A stretch of 64,000 bases of DNA from Polyangiales bacterium (GTDB lineage: Bacteria; Myxococcota_A; Polyangia; Polyangiales; Polyangiaceae): assembly GCA_038231275.1 (NCBI GenBank), contig JBBRLQ010000010.1, positions 181,993 to 245,992 on the forward strand, written 5' to 3'. Shown one piece after another: positions 50,656-62,151 of the stretch. The position numbers and the translations under genes are program-made. The stretch's first letter is position 1; every line of letters starts with the position of its first letter. The notes beneath the pieces are model-generated. The model was not told where the DNA came from. It made no database searches and saw only the letters and a list, made by a program, of their open reading frames with translations.

Positions 50656-53600
50656 TCACGTCGGCGTAGAAGCGGGCTGGCTCCCGAGCTCCGCGACGGC
50701 CTTGACGAGCTCCGCCGGCTCGATCGGCTTCGCCATGTGGTGCTGAAACCCTGCCGCCAGCGCGCGCTCGACGTCCTCGGGGCGCGCGTAGGCGGTGAGC
50801 GCAAGCGCCGGTGTCCGCCCGCCCTGCGCCGGCGCGCGCGCGCGGATTTGCTGGATGAGCGAATAGCCGTCCATCTCGGGCATGCCGATGTCGCTCACGA
50901 CGACGTCGGGCTTCAGGCGCGGCAGCTCGTCGAGCGCCTCTCGTCCCGAGCTTGCGAGGCGCACCTCGGCGCCGCGCTCGCGGAGCAGAGCCGCGAGGAG
51001 CGCGCGCGCGTCCTCTTCGTCGTCGATCACGAGCACGCGGAGGCCGTCGAGCCGCGGCCCGACCGCGCCGGTCTCCACGCCGGCATTTGCAGGTCGCGCG
51101 GCGACGGCGGTGAAGCGCGCGGGCAGGAGCACGAGGAACGTCGACCCTTTTCCGACCCCTTCGCTCTTCGCCGACACAGTGCCGCCGTGCGCGGCGACGA
51201 TCCGTCGCACGATCGAGAGGCCGAGCCCCAACCCCCCGTGCCGCCGTGTCGTCGTGGAGTCGGCTTGGTGGAACGTCTCGAAGATCCGCGGCATCGCCTC
51301 CGGCGCGATGCCCTCGCCGTCGTCGGTCACGCGAATGGAGATGTCCGATCCCTCGCGGTACGCCGCTACCTGCACCTTGCCGCCTTGCGGCGTGAACTTC
51401 ACGGCGTTCGCGAGGAGGTTCCACACGACCTGCTGCATGCGGTCGGGATCCGCCGAAATCGTCACGCCGTCGTCGCGGAGGTCCCGTGTGATCGTGATGC
51501 CCTTGGCGGTCGCCGCGGGGCTCACCGTCTCGATCGACGCGATCACGGCGTCGACGACGCTCGTCGGGCGGAGGCGCATCGTGAGCTTGCCGCTGATGAT
51601 GCGCGAGACGTCGAGCACGTCCTCGATCAGCTTGGCCTGCGCACGCGCGTTGCGCTCGATGATCGCGAGGTGCCGGTCGACGTCGGCTTCTGGCTTCGTT
51701 GCTCGCAGCGTGATCGTCCAGCCGAGGATCGCGTTGAGCGGCGTACGCAGCTCGTGGGAGACGGTGGCGAGGAACTCGTCCTTCGCGCGGCTCGCGACCT
51801 CCGCGCGATCGCGGAGCACGCCCTCTTGCACGCGCGCCTCGTCGACCGCCCGGAGGACCTGCGCGTTCTCGATCGCCATGGCGGCGCGACGTGCGACGTC
51901 TTCTGCGAAGAGCAGGTCGTTCTCGTCGTAGCGCCGCCCCGACTCGGCGTACACGAACGTCATCGCGCCGAGCACGCGACCATGGGCGCGGAGCGGCACC
52001 ACCATCGCCGACGCCAGCTCGAGCTCGCGGATCAGGCGCAGGTGCTCCGCGTCCTTTGCCGCCGCTTCGAGGAGGGCCGACGGGATCTCGCGATAGAGCT
52101 CGGATTTGCCGGTGCGGATGACCTCGGGCACGCCGGTCTTCGCGTCGCGATCGGGCGGATACCGCTCTCCCAGCGCCCGCGCGAACTCCACCTTCGCGGG
52201 ATCGACGTGGGCTACCGCGACTTGCAACGGGGTTGCGTAGCCGGGCTCGACGAGCTCGATCGAGCACCAGTCCGCCAGCTCCGGAACCACGAGGCGTCCC
52301 ACCGCCGCGAGCGTCGTCCGGTAGTCGAGCGACGCGACGAGGGCCTCGCCGGCCTTCGCGAGAAAGTCGCGCTGCGCCTGCTCCCGCTTCTTGGCCGTGA
52401 CGTCACGGAACACCAAGACGACCCCGAGCAGTCGATCGCCCTCGTCGCGGATCGGCGCGGCGCTGTCGTCGATGGGGACCTCGGTGCCGTCCTTCGCCCT
52501 GAGCACGGTGTGGTTGGCGAGCCCCACCACGACGCCGTCGCGAAGAACTTTCTTCACCGGGCTCTCGACGACCTCGCGCGTCTCCTCCGAGTAGATTTGG
52601 AACGCCTCCTCGAGGGGCCGCCCGCGTGCGTCGTCGCTGGTCCAGCCGGTCAAGCGCTCCGCGACCGCGTTCATGAAGACGACCGCGCCCTCGGTGTCCG
52701 TCGCGATGACGGCGTCGCCGACGCTGCGCAGCGTGGTCGCGAGGAGCCGTCGCGCTTGGTCCTCGCGCTCCAGCCGCGTCGCCCGCAGGAGCGCCTGCGC
52801 GCACTGCCCAGCGAGCGTCTCGATGAAGCGGCGCTCGTCTTCTGGGAAGGCGCGCTCGGCGTAGTACCCCATGCCGAGGAGGCCGATCGGCAGCCCCTCG
52901 ACGATGAGCGGAACGCTCCAGAACGACTTCGCGCGCGGTCCTTTCGCGGGCGCGGCCGCGAGGACGGGCAGGCGCGCGGTATACTCGGCGGCGCTCTCGA
53001 CCCACGTGGCCCGGCCGGACTTCATCGACGCGAACAAGTCCGGATTCCCTGCGGTCTCGGTGATGCTCCGGATCTTCTCCATGATCTGTGGAGAGACGCC
53101 GCGCTCCCCGATGAGCTCGAGCAGCGTCCCCGTGTCGTTCAAGAGGTAGAGCGTGCACGTGTCGGCCTTGGCCGCGGCGAACGCGTGCTCCACCACGGCG
53201 TCGGCCACCTGCGCGCGCGTGCGGGCGGCTGCCAGCGCCGACGCCACCGCGGAGAGCGCCTCGAGCCGCTCTCGCGCCTCCTCCGCGAGGCGGTCCACGA
53301 GGTTGGCGCGGCGCCGCTGGACGGTCCACGCGTAGAACACCGAGCCGAACGCGGCGAGGCCGATGACGAGCACGCCTCCGAACGCATAAAGTGCGCGCGA
53401 GTTGGCGACCGCGCGCCGCTCGGCGAGCAGTCGCGTCTCGTCGGCGCGAATTCGGTCGATGTCTGCGCGGAAGGCATCCATTCGTCGTTGCCCTTCGCCG
53501 GTCGCGATGAGTCGGAGCACCTCGTCATGCGGGGCCGTCTTGGCGAGCGCCAGGACCTCTGCAAAGAAGGCCATCATTCGGAGCGCGTCGTGATCCGTGG

Positions 53601-53919
53601 TGTCGACGTTGGCGGCCTGGGTGGGGTTGTCCTGGACGAGCTCCTTCAAGTGAGCCGCGCGCGCGCGCTCGCGCGAGATCGCGGACTCGTACGGAGCGAG
53701 GAAGATCGGCGTGCCGCTCAGCACGAACCCGCGCAGACCTGTCTGCGTGTCGAGGACGGCGATGAGCCACTCGTCCGCCTCCTGGTCCACCTCGAGGGTG
53801 TGATCGACCCATCGGTTCGCCGCGACGTAGGAGATCGAGGTGGCGGCGGTGATCGCGACCGCCACGGCGATCCCCACTGCGGCGCACAAGATGACGAAGT
53901 CGGATCGCGGGCGCGGCAT
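50656..53919 (-). CDS. hybrid sensor kinase CHASE3-GAF-PAS-GAF-HisKA-HATPase-REC
   Basis: WVDHT..V, TG.RGF.L.G...FL.PY (CHASE3); AE.LTGW and SAAPIRD (PAS); SHELRTPL; GLGLGL; SDIGMP. Confidence 0.95.
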   Translation of the reverse strand: MPRPRSDFVILCAAVGIAVAVAITAATSISYVAANRWVDHTLEVDQEADEWLIAVLDTQTGLRGFVLSGTPIFLAPYESAISRERARAAHLKELVQDNPTQAANVDTTDHDALRMMAFFAEVLALAKTAPHDEVLRLIATGEGQRRMDAFRADIDRIRADETRLLAERRAVANSRALYAFGGVLVIGLAAFGSVFYAWTVQRRRANLVDRLAEEARERLEALSAVASALAAARTRAQVADAVVEHAFAAAKADTCTLYLLNDTGTLLELIGERGVSPQIMEKIRSITETAGNPDLFASMKSGRATWVESAAEYTARLPVLAAAPAKGPRAKSFWSVPLIVEGLPIGLLGMGYYAERAFPEDERRFIETLAGQCAQALLRATRLEREDQARRLLATTLRSVGDAVIATDTEGAVVFMNAVAERLTGWTSDDARGRPLEEAFQIYSEETREVVESPVKKVLRDGVVVGLANHTVLRAKDGTEVPIDDSAAPIRDEGDRLLGVVLVFRDVTAKKREQAQRDFLAKAGEALVASLDYRTTLAAVGRLVVPELADWCSIELVEPGYATPLQVAVAHVDPAKVEFARALGERYPPDRDAKTGVPEVIRTGKSELYREIPSALLEAAAKDAEHLRLIRELELASAMVVPLRAHGRVLGAMTFVYAESGRRYDENDLLFAEDVARRAAMAIENAQVLRAVDEARVQEGVLRDRAEVASRAKDEFLATVSHELRTPLNAILGWTITLRATKPEADVDRHLAIIERNARAQAKLIEDVLDVSRIISGKLTMRLRPTSVVDAVIASIETVSPAATAKGITITRDLRDDGVTISADPDRMQQVVWNLLANAVKFTPQGGKVQVAAYREGSDISIRVTDDGEGIAPEAMPRIFETFHQADSTTTRRHGGLGLGLSIVRRIVAAHGGTVSAKSEGVGKGSTFLVLLPARFTAVAARPANAGVETGAVGPRLDGLRVLVIDDEEDARALLAALLRERGAEVRLASSGREALDELPRLKPDVVVSDIGMPEMDGYSLIQQIRARAPAQGGRTPALALTAYARPEDVERALAAGFQHHMAKPIEPAELVKAVAELGSQPASTPT

Positions 53920-54280
53920 CGAGGCTAACTCTCGAAGTTAGCGCCTCTCCGCCGCTGACAGGAGCGTTTCCTGTGGCGCCGGAACGACCTCGAGGCGTGG
54001 TAAATTGCCACCACGAGGCGGGTTTGCGCGCCGATCCGCGCTTCTTCGCGCGGGCAAGTCGGCGAGACTTCGCGGAGGAGCGGACCGTCGCGCCTCCAGA
54101 TCGTCGACCTCGCGTCCGAGGAGCCGGAGCTCTGGAGGGCCCACGCGCGCGCTTCGGGGTTGCTCGTGGCGGTCGCGACGGCGAGAACCGCCATCGACGA
54201 GCGCGCATTTTGTCGCCAGGTGCAGACGCTGGAGGCCGAGGTCGGCTGACATTTCGGCTGACATCGGTCTGGCGTCATGT

Positions 54281-54294
54281 GGCACCTCGCTTGC
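54281..54294 (+). promoter_or_regulatory. sigma-54 -24/-12 box with upstream direct repeat
   Basis: TGGCACCTCGCTTGCT; TCGGCTGACAT twice at 54242-54252 and 54254-54264. Confidence 0.7.
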
Positions 54295-54306
54295 TGCACT
54301 GGGCTC

Positions 54307-54867
54307 ATGCGCAGTGAGCCCGGCGACGAGCAAGAGCCCAACAGCACCGTGCTCGACCGCAACGTCAAGGCGATCAACGCGCTCCGCCAGCGGGCCGACG
54401 AGCGCGCGAGCACGCACCAGCTCTTCATCGAACGCGTCACCGAAGCGCTCGGCCGCCCGCGCACGATCTACGTCGTCGTGGCGCTCGTCGCGGCCTGGAT
54501 GGCGTGGAACCTCGTCGCGCCGCGGTTCGGGCTGACGCCGCTCGATCCTCCGCCATTTTTCTGGATGCAGGGGACGATCGGCCTAGCGGCGCTCCTCATG
54601 ACCACGATGGTCCTGACGACGCAGAACCGGCAGGTCCGTCATGGCGATCAGCGCGCACACCTCGATCTGCAGGTGAACCTCCTCGCCGAGCAGAAAATCG
54701 CGAAGGTGGTCGGCCTCCTCGAGGAGCTGCGGCGAGACTTGCCGAGTGTGGCAAATCGCCGGGACCTCGTCGCCGAGGCCATGACCGAGCCGGTGAGCCC
54801 CGACAACGTGATCACCGCCCTCGAGGAAGTGGAGCGCTCGCTCGCGGCGTCGAAGTCCGGCGATTGA
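54307..54867 (+). CDS. DUF1003 membrane protein
   Basis: W..WN, DPPPF, VL.TQNRQ, DLQVNL.AE.K. Confidence 0.9.
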   Translation: MRSEPGDEQEPNSTVLDRNVKAINALRQRADERASTHQLFIERVTEALGRPRTIYVVVALVAAWMAWNLVAPRFGLTPLDPPPFFWMQGTIGLAALLMTTMVLTTQNRQVRHGDQRAHLDLQVNLLAEQKIAKVVGLLEELRRDLPSVANRRDLVAEAMTEPVSPDNVITALEEVERSLAASKSGD

Positions 54868-56371
54868 TCTGCTCGACGGTCTTGGAGGGCAGGTCCGTCG
54901 TCGCGGGCCCCGTCAACACCTCGCCGCTCGTCGCGAAGCGGGAGCCGTGGCACGGGCAGTCCCAGGTCGACTCGGCGCGGTTCCACTCCACGAAGCAGCC
55001 CATGTGCGTGCACTTCGGTCGAAGCGCGTGCGCGACGCCCTCCTCGTCGCGATAGACCGCGAGAAGCTCGCCTTCGTGCCGCACGATCTTCCCCTCGCCG
55101 CGCGCCACCTCCGCGAGCGAAGGCGCCGACGCGTGCTTCAGGCGGGCGCCGATCATGTGCAGCGGGATGTCGATGTTCGACATGACGAAGTCCTTCGCCG
55201 CGGTGAGCGCCGGAATGCGACTGGGGGCGTAGAGCTCGGCGTAGCGGTTCGCGCGACCGAGGATCGCGTCGCTCAGCATTCTCCCCGCCAGCGTGCCGAA
55301 CGTCATTCCGTTGCCCGCGTATCCGGTCGCGACGTACGTGGCGTTTCCGCTCGCCGACGCGCCGATGTACGGCAAGCCGTCGACCGGCACGATCACCTGC
55401 GACGACCACATGAAATGGATGGACTCGACGCCGAACCGCTCTCGCGCGTACTCGGCGAGGCGCGCGTAGCGCTCGCCGGTGTCGTGCTCCTGTCCGGTCT
55501 TGTGATCTTCGCCGCCGACGAGGAGGAGCGTCGCAGCACCCACGGTCTGGCTCCGAACGTAGTGGTAGGGATCCTCGGTGTCCCAGAAGAGCCCGTCCGG
55601 CGCCGCGCCGGGGGACGCGAAGGCGAGCACGTACGACTGGTACCGCGACAGCTTCGACTGGAGCGCGAAGCGATCGAGCGGCGTGTGCGTTGCGTAGATG
55701 ACATGTGCGGCGTGCACGACGCCGCGATCGGTAATGACCCGGTGCCTCGTCCGCTCGTGGACGTGGACGGTGCGCGTCCGCTCGTAAATGCGCACGCCCA
55801 TTCCGGCGAGCAGGCGCGCCAGCCCGAGCGCATATTCGCGCGGGTGCATCTGCGCTTGGTCTTCGAAGCGAAGCGCGGCGCGCGCGAAGGGGAGCGGCAC
55901 CTCGTTCGTGAGCGACACGTGCACGCCCGCGCGCGACGCCGCGTCGAGCTCGGCCTCGAGCTCGCTCGTGCTCTCCGACTCCGTGTACAGAAATCCAGGA
56001 AGGCGGCGAAAACCGCACGGGACGTCGATGACGCCGGCGATCTCCTCGATGTCGTGAATGGCCGACCGCGTGGACTCCGCCGCGAGGCGCGCCCCTTCGT
56101 CGCCGAAGGTCCGCGCCAGCGTGGTGTAACGCGCGTCGAGGGCTTCGGTCAGGTGCGCGGTGGTGTGGCCCGTCACGCCCTCCGCGATCGTGTGCGCGTC
56201 GATGACGACGACCGACTTTCCCGCCCGCCGTAGGTGCAGCGCGGCCGTGAGGCCCGTGATCCCTCCACCGACGATCGCGACGTCCACGATGAGGTCGCCC
56301 GAGAGCTGCGGCAGCTCGTTCGAAGGCTGGGTGCTGATCCACAGCGACTGACGGGCGTGGGGAAGCTTCAT
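54812..56371 (-). CDS. FAD-dependent oxidoreductase with Rieske 2Fe-2S domain (YhfW-like)
   Basis: GGGITG, TG.TTAH, DGLPYIG, CTHMGC and WDCPCHGS. Confidence 0.93.
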   Translation of the reverse strand: MKLPHARQSLWISTQPSNELPQLSGDLIVDVAIVGGGITGLTAALHLRRAGKSVVVIDAHTIAEGVTGHTTAHLTEALDARYTTLARTFGDEGARLAAESTRSAIHDIEEIAGVIDVPCGFRRLPGFLYTESESTSELEAELDAASRAGVHVSLTNEVPLPFARAALRFEDQAQMHPREYALGLARLLAGMGVRIYERTRTVHVHERTRHRVITDRGVVHAAHVIYATHTPLDRFALQSKLSRYQSYVLAFASPGAAPDGLFWDTEDPYHYVRSQTVGAATLLLVGGEDHKTGQEHDTGERYARLAEYARERFGVESIHFMWSSQVIVPVDGLPYIGASASGNATYVATGYAGNGMTFGTLAGRMLSDAILGRANRYAELYAPSRIPALTAAKDFVMSNIDIPLHMIGARLKHASAPSLAEVARGEGKIVRHEGELLAVYRDEEGVAHALRPKCTHMGCFVEWNRAESTWDCPCHGSRFATSGEVLTGPATTDLPSKTVEQINRRTSTPRASAPLPRGR

Positions 56372-56418
56372 GGGTGGAATCCCTCCCGCGCCCATGCGGG
56401 CGGGCACCACGAAACGAA

Positions 56419-56432
56419 GCATGCGACGTGCC
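56419..56432 (-). promoter_or_regulatory. sigma-54 -24/-12 box
   Basis: GGGCACGTCGCATGCT. Confidence 0.6.
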
Positions 56433-56442
56433 CACCCGGCGC

Positions 56443-56456
56443 GGCACATCGCTTGC
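56443..56456 (+). promoter_or_regulatory. sigma-54 -24/-12 box
   Basis: CGGCACATCGCTTGCT. Confidence 0.7.
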
Positions 56457-56469
56457 TCCCCCACTACCC

Positions 56470-56673
56470 ATGAGCACGACCAAACCGCAGCAGAGGCCGC
56501 CGGAGCCGAAGGAACGAGATCAGGGATTCAACCGCTCGCACGGCTACGGCGAGGGGCACGGCGGTCCGTCGGGGCCCGGCGACGCTCCCGCTCCCGTGGT
56601 CACGCCCGAGCAGCAGAAGCCGGCAAAACTGCCGCCGCAAAAGGCGCCGAAGAAGCGCCGCGGCGAACGCTGA
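56470..56673 (+). CDS. small hydrophilic protein, 67 aa (DQGFNRSHGYG.GHGGP motif)
   Basis: ATG 14 nt below box 56443-56456. Confidence 0.6.
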   Translation: MSTTKPQQRPPEPKERDQGFNRSHGYGEGHGGPSGPGDAPAPVVTPEQQKPAKLPPQKAPKKRRGER

Positions 56674-56704
56674 CCTTCGCTGACCTTCACCTGCGAACCA
56701 AGCG

Positions 56705-58114
<1,410 letters not shown>

Positions 58115-58157
58115 GGATCTGTCCTCCTAATACCCCACGACGCGGAAGAGCTCGATT

Positions 58158-58171
58158 GCAGTCCCCATGCC
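58158..58171 (-). promoter_or_regulatory. sigma-54 -24/-12 box
   Basis: GGGCATGGGGACTGCA. Confidence 0.55.
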
Positions 58172-58313
58172 CGAGTAGCGACCACGGGCGAAGGAGGGAT
58201 TCCGACGAGATTGGGCCGACCTCGAGCCGGGTGTGGCGGCAATTACGCCACGCGTGGCGTTTTTGATGGGCGCCCTATTTGGCGCCGCGACTCGCTATAG
58301 TGAACCTGATCGA

Positions 58314-58700
58314 ATGACTCCGGACGCAAGACCGCTCGTTTTGGTAGTCGACGACTTCGAAGACAACCGAATGCTCTATGCGACGTACCTGGGGGCGCAG
58401 GGCTTTCGCGTGGAGGAGGCGGTCGACGGTCTCGACGCCGTCGCGAAGGGGACGGCGCTCGTGCCCGACGTGATCGTGATGGACCTCGCGCTGCCGGGGG
58501 TCGACGGCTGGGAGGCGACGCGGCGGCTCAAAGAGAACGCGTCCACGAGCCACATCCCGATCATCGCGCTCACGGGGCACTCGCTCGAGTCCCACGCGGA
58601 GCGGGCGCGGGCGGTGCGGTGCGACGCGTTCCTCGTGAAGCCGTGCTTGCCCGAAACTCTGCTCGCGAAGATCCGCGAGCTGCTCGGCGGCGCGAAGTAG
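58314..58700 (+). CDS. stand-alone response regulator (DivK-like)
   Basis: VVDDFEDN, MDLALP..DGWEA, IALTG, LVKP. Confidence 0.92.
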   Translation: MTPDARPLVLVVDDFEDNRMLYATYLGAQGFRVEEAVDGLDAVAKGTALVPDVIVMDLALPGVDGWEATRRLKENASTSHIPIIALTGHSLESHAERARAVRCDAFLVKPCLPETLLAKIRELLGGAK

Positions 58701-58701
58701 C

Positions 58702-59130
58702 TCACCATCGGAACTTGGCGCTCATGCGCTCGTGCGCTGCCTTTGCGTTGACCACGGCCGTGCGGAGGTCATCCATGTCGAAGGGCTTCTTCAGCACGCC
58801 GGTCGCGCCGAGGCGCTCCGCCACCGTACGGATCGACGTGTCGGCGAAGACCGTGATCAAGATCACCGGCATCGAGACGTGCGCGCGGCGGAGCGCGCTC
58901 AGCACGCCCAAGCCCGACAGGATCGGCATGCGCACGTCCGAGATGATCATCTCCGGTCTCTTGTTCGGCGACTCGATGGCGGCGTTGAGGCGCTCGAGCA
59001 ACTCGGCGCCGTTGCTCGCCTCGATCACCTCGTAGCCGTCGCGCCGCAACGTCGCGGCGATGAGCGCGCGAAGATCGTCGTCGTCGTCGGCGACCAGGAC
59101 CAGTCGCCCGCGGTCTTCGGGTTGGCTCAT
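58702..59130 (-). CDS. stand-alone response regulator
   Basis: VADDDDD, SDVRMP, LITVF, LKKP. Confidence 0.92.
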   Translation of the reverse strand: MSQPEDRGRLVLVADDDDDLRALIAATLRRDGYEVIEASNGAELLERLNAAIESPNKRPEMIISDVRMPILSGLGVLSALRRAHVSMPVILITVFADTSIRTVAERLGATGVLKKPFDMDDLRTAVVNAKAAHERMSAKFRW

Positions 59131-59220
59131 TGTTCGACCTCCAGCGTGGGGGTTACGACCGGCGAAGCCGGGCGCGGGAGCTGCGGATGGGCTTCGGCGC
59201 TATCCCGATCGGTGTAGGTT

Positions 59221-59292
59221 ACAAGGCGCGTGCCATGCTCCGCGCCGAAGCGCGTGGCGTTCCGCCTCGACCCACGTTGGCGTGCAACCTGC
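59221..59292. promoter_or_regulatory. cluster of divergent sigma-54-like boxes
   Basis: minus TGGCACGCGCCTTGTA (59221-59234, GT instead of GC); plus AGGCGCGTGCCATGCT (59225-59238); plus TGGCGTGCAACCTGCG (59279-59292). Confidence 0.5.
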
Positions 59293-59353
59293 GAGGAGAA
59301 TTGGCCCGGGGCTCCCGTCGGCGCCGAGAAACGGTCATGATGTGAAGGGTGAG

Positions 59354-61381
59354 ATGAGCCTTCTCTCCGTTCTGTCTGATAATGCGCGCGTGCTGCACGT
59401 GACGCTCGGTGACGAGCGGACGAGCCTGCGGCGCGTTCTCCGGAAAGCGCCCGGCGTCCGAACCGTCGACACCGTTCGTTTCGAGGACACGATGGAGTCG
59501 CCGCCCGTCGCGAGCTTCGACGTGATCGTGCTGGAGGTCGCCGCGCGCGAGGCCCTTCGCGCAGAGGAGGCGATCCTCGCGTTCGAGCGGTGGGGCACGT
59601 CCGTCCCCGTCGTGGTCGTCGGCGACGACGAGGACACGGCGCGCGCGGAGACGCTCGTCCAGTTGGGCGCGGCCGACGTCGTCTGCGCGCGCCCGCCCGA
59701 GCCGCGGGCGATCGGTCGCGCACTCGTCCTCGCGATCGCACGCGGTCAGGTGCGCGACGCGGCGTTCGGGGCACGCGACGAGGCCGTCCGCGCGAGCCGC
59801 GCGAAGACGGAGTTCCTGGCAAACGTGAGCCACGAGCTCCGCGCGCCTCTGAACACGGTGCTCGGGATGGCCGATCTCCTCGCCGAGGCCGACTTGACCG
59901 ACAAAGCCGCTGGGCAGCTCGCCGCGCTACGGCGCGCCGGCGATCACATCCTCGCGCTCGCCGACGACATCCTCGACCTGGCCGGCATCGAGTCCGGATC
60001 GATCGTCGTGCAGCGCGCCCCCCTCGATCTCGTGCGCGTCGCCGAAAGCGCGATCGAGCTCGTGACTCCTGCCGCGCGGGAAAAGAAGCTCGATTTGCGC
60101 TTCGAGCACGGTCCGGACTCGCCGCGCCTGGTCATGGGTGACGCGCGCCGCCTCCGCCAGATCCTCGTGAACCTGCTCGGCAACGCCGTGAAGTTCACGG
60201 GATCGGGCGCGGTGAGCCTCACTTCCCGCGCCGTCCCCGGACGTCCCGACGAAGTCCGGCTCGGCGTGCACGACACCGGGATAGGAATCCCCGGCGATCG
60301 CCTCGAGGCCGTCTTCGCGAGCTTCGTGCAAAGCGACGAGACCATCGCGCAGCGCTTCGGAGGCGTGGGCCTCGGTCTCCACATCGTGAAGCAGCTCGTG
60401 AGGGTCATGGGCGGACGGATCGACGTGAAGAGCGAGCTTGATCGCGGGAGTGACTTCATCGTCACCCTTCCTCTGCCCGCGGCGGACGAGGAGAGCGCGC
60501 GCGGCTCAGGACCTCCCGAGGTCCCGCGCGCGCTGCCGGCGAGCGGCGTGATGCGGTCCGGGGCCAAGCCGATCCGCGCTCTGCTGGTCGACGACTCGTG
60601 GGAGAGCCGCGCGCTCGTGACCGAGCATTTGCGCGGCACCGACATCGTGGCCGAGTTCGCGGCAGACGGGCGGGCGGCGCTCGCCCAGCTCGCGGCCTCG
60701 CCCTTCGACGTCGTGCTCATGGATCTGCACTTGCCTGGGATGGACGGCTTCGCGACGACGATCGCACTTCGAAAAATGGAGCGGGAGAAGGGGCTCCGCC
60801 CGATCCCGGTCGTCGCGCTCAGCGCCGACGCGCTCGCCGAGACCGTCAAGCGGGCGCTCGCCGCAGGGTGCGCCGAGCACCTCTCGAAGCCGATCACGCG
60901 GCATGCCCTCGTCGAAGCGCTGCGCGCCCACACGTCCCCCGCCGCTCCCACCCCGCCGCCCGAGCGCGCGTCTCGGGAGCCGTGCGGGCCCGCAGGAATG
61001 TCGCCACAGGCCGTGGCGCTTTTCCCGCAGTTCTTGGGCAACCGCGAGAAGGACGTGTCGCGCGCGCGCGAGGCGCTGGCGCGAGGCGATCACGGCGCCC
61101 TCGCGCGCCTCGGCCACAACATGCGCGGCAACGGCGTCAGCTACGGGCTCCCTCGCATCAGCACGATCGGCGGCCTGCTCGAGGACGCCGCAAACACCGA
61201 CGACGTCGACGCCGTTCGAAGGCACATCGACGCGCTCGAGGCCTACGTCGCGAGCGTTCGCGCCGCCGCGCGCCCCGATGGACACCCGCCCGAGGGACAC
61301 AAGAATGGGTCGGGCTTTCGGCCGCGTGTCGATGCCCCGGCCTCGCCCGCGGCGCCGCGCGTCAAACGTCCGCGCGAGTGA
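59354..61381 (+). CDS. hybrid kinase: pseudo-receiver-HisKA-HATPase-REC-Hpt
   Basis: FDVIVLE (Asp replaced by Glu), SHELRAPL, NAVKFT, GGVGLGL, MDLHLP..KP, GHNMRG (Hpt). Confidence 0.9.
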   Translation: MSLLSVLSDNARVLHVTLGDERTSLRRVLRKAPGVRTVDTVRFEDTMESPPVASFDVIVLEVAAREALRAEEAILAFERWGTSVPVVVVGDDEDTARAETLVQLGAADVVCARPPEPRAIGRALVLAIARGQVRDAAFGARDEAVRASRAKTEFLANVSHELRAPLNTVLGMADLLAEADLTDKAAGQLAALRRAGDHILALADDILDLAGIESGSIVVQRAPLDLVRVAESAIELVTPAAREKKLDLRFEHGPDSPRLVMGDARRLRQILVNLLGNAVKFTGSGAVSLTSRAVPGRPDEVRLGVHDTGIGIPGDRLEAVFASFVQSDETIAQRFGGVGLGLHIVKQLVRVMGGRIDVKSELDRGSDFIVTLPLPAADEESARGSGPPEVPRALPASGVMRSGAKPIRALLVDDSWESRALVTEHLRGTDIVAEFAADGRAALAQLAASPFDVVLMDLHLPGMDGFATTIALRKMEREKGLRPIPVVALSADALAETVKRALAAGCAEHLSKPITRHALVEALRAHTSPAAPTPPPERASREPCGPAGMSPQAVALFPQFLGNREKDVSRAREALARGDHGALARLGHNMRGNGVSYGLPRISTIGGLLEDAANTDDVDAVRRHIDALEAYVASVRAAARPDGHPPEGHKNGSGFRPRVDAPASPAAPRVKRPRE

Positions 61382-61409
61382 CGCGTTTCGCTCTCGAGCC
61401 AGGCAAATT

Positions 61410-61913
61410 TTAGTGCGCGCTCGCGTCGCGAGGTGCGTCGTCGCGCTCGTGCTGCTCTTCGTGGCCCGTCTCCGCGTGCGTCCGCACCACGAGCACCGGC
61501 AGTGTCGCCGCGCGCAGGATGTGCTCGGCCGTGCTCCCCAAGAGCGCGTGCGCCAGCCCCGTTCGCCCGTGCGTTCCCACGACGACGAGATCCGCGCCGA
61601 TCTCCTCGGCGACGTCGTTGATCACCTCGGGCGCCGGCCCGAGCCGCAGCACGTACGCCATCGGAACCCTGCGCTCCGCGTGCGATTCGATCTCGCTCTT
61701 CAGCGCTGCCGTGAGCGACGTCACGAGATCGTGCGCCACCTCGGCCTGCGGGATGAAGGCCCCTTCCGGGTATCCGTAGGTCGGCAGCGAGTAGGTGTGG
61801 ACTAGCGTGATCGACGCGCCCATGGCCTCGGCGAGGTCGAGCGCGCTCTCCACGGCGACGTCCGACGCGTCACTGAAGTCGGTCGCGACCAGCATCTTCT
61901 GGAGTGAGAACAT
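61410..61913 (-). CDS. universal stress protein
   Basis: LVATDFS..S, ADLVVVGTHGRTG....LLGSTAE..LR....PVLVV. Confidence 0.93.
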   Translation of the reverse strand: MFSLQKMLVATDFSDASDVAVESALDLAEAMGASITLVHTYSLPTYGYPEGAFIPQAEVAHDLVTSLTAALKSEIESHAERRVPMAYVLRLGPAPEVINDVAEEIGADLVVVGTHGRTGLAHALLGSTAEHILRAATLPVLVVRTHAETGHEEQHERDDAPRDASAH

Positions 61914-61938
61914 CGGGGACCTCCGCTGCGGTCCTGAT

Positions 61939-61952
61939 GCAAGGAGGCGGCC
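61939..61952 (-). promoter_or_regulatory. sigma-54 -24/-12 box
   Basis: TGGCCGCCTCCTTGCA. Confidence 0.6.
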
Positions 61953-62071
61953 AAAGCGCGACAGCGGCGCAAGCTCCTACCCGAGCCGTTCTTCCCATCG
62001 GTCGTTACGCCCGCCGAAAACGAGCTCCACGGCGAAAAGAAAAAACCAACCGCCTGAGCGCTCGACCTGGG

Positions 62072-62099
62072 TTGACCGCGACGTTCCCTTGGCTAGGAT
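62072..62099 (+). promoter_or_regulatory. possible sigma-70 promoter
   Basis: TTGACC-N16-TAGGAT upstream of 62152. Confidence 0.4.
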
Positions 62100-62151
62100 C
62101 ACCGAGAAATCCGACGGGTCCCCTTCTCGAAGCATAAGAAGAGCCTAGAAA

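Noticed and set aside
50506..53928. 1140-aa plus-strand ORF
   Set aside because: Antisense shadow of the CHASE3 hybrid kinase.
53925..54194. Possible 89-aa minus-strand ORF upstream of the CHASE3 kinase
   Set aside because: No SD, no correctly spaced promoter box, unconvincing composition.
58281..58295. Sigma-54-like boxes at 58281, 30733, 41974 and 630
   Set aside because: Wrong spacing (N11 at 58281 and 30733), GT instead of GC (41974) or poor flanking match (630).
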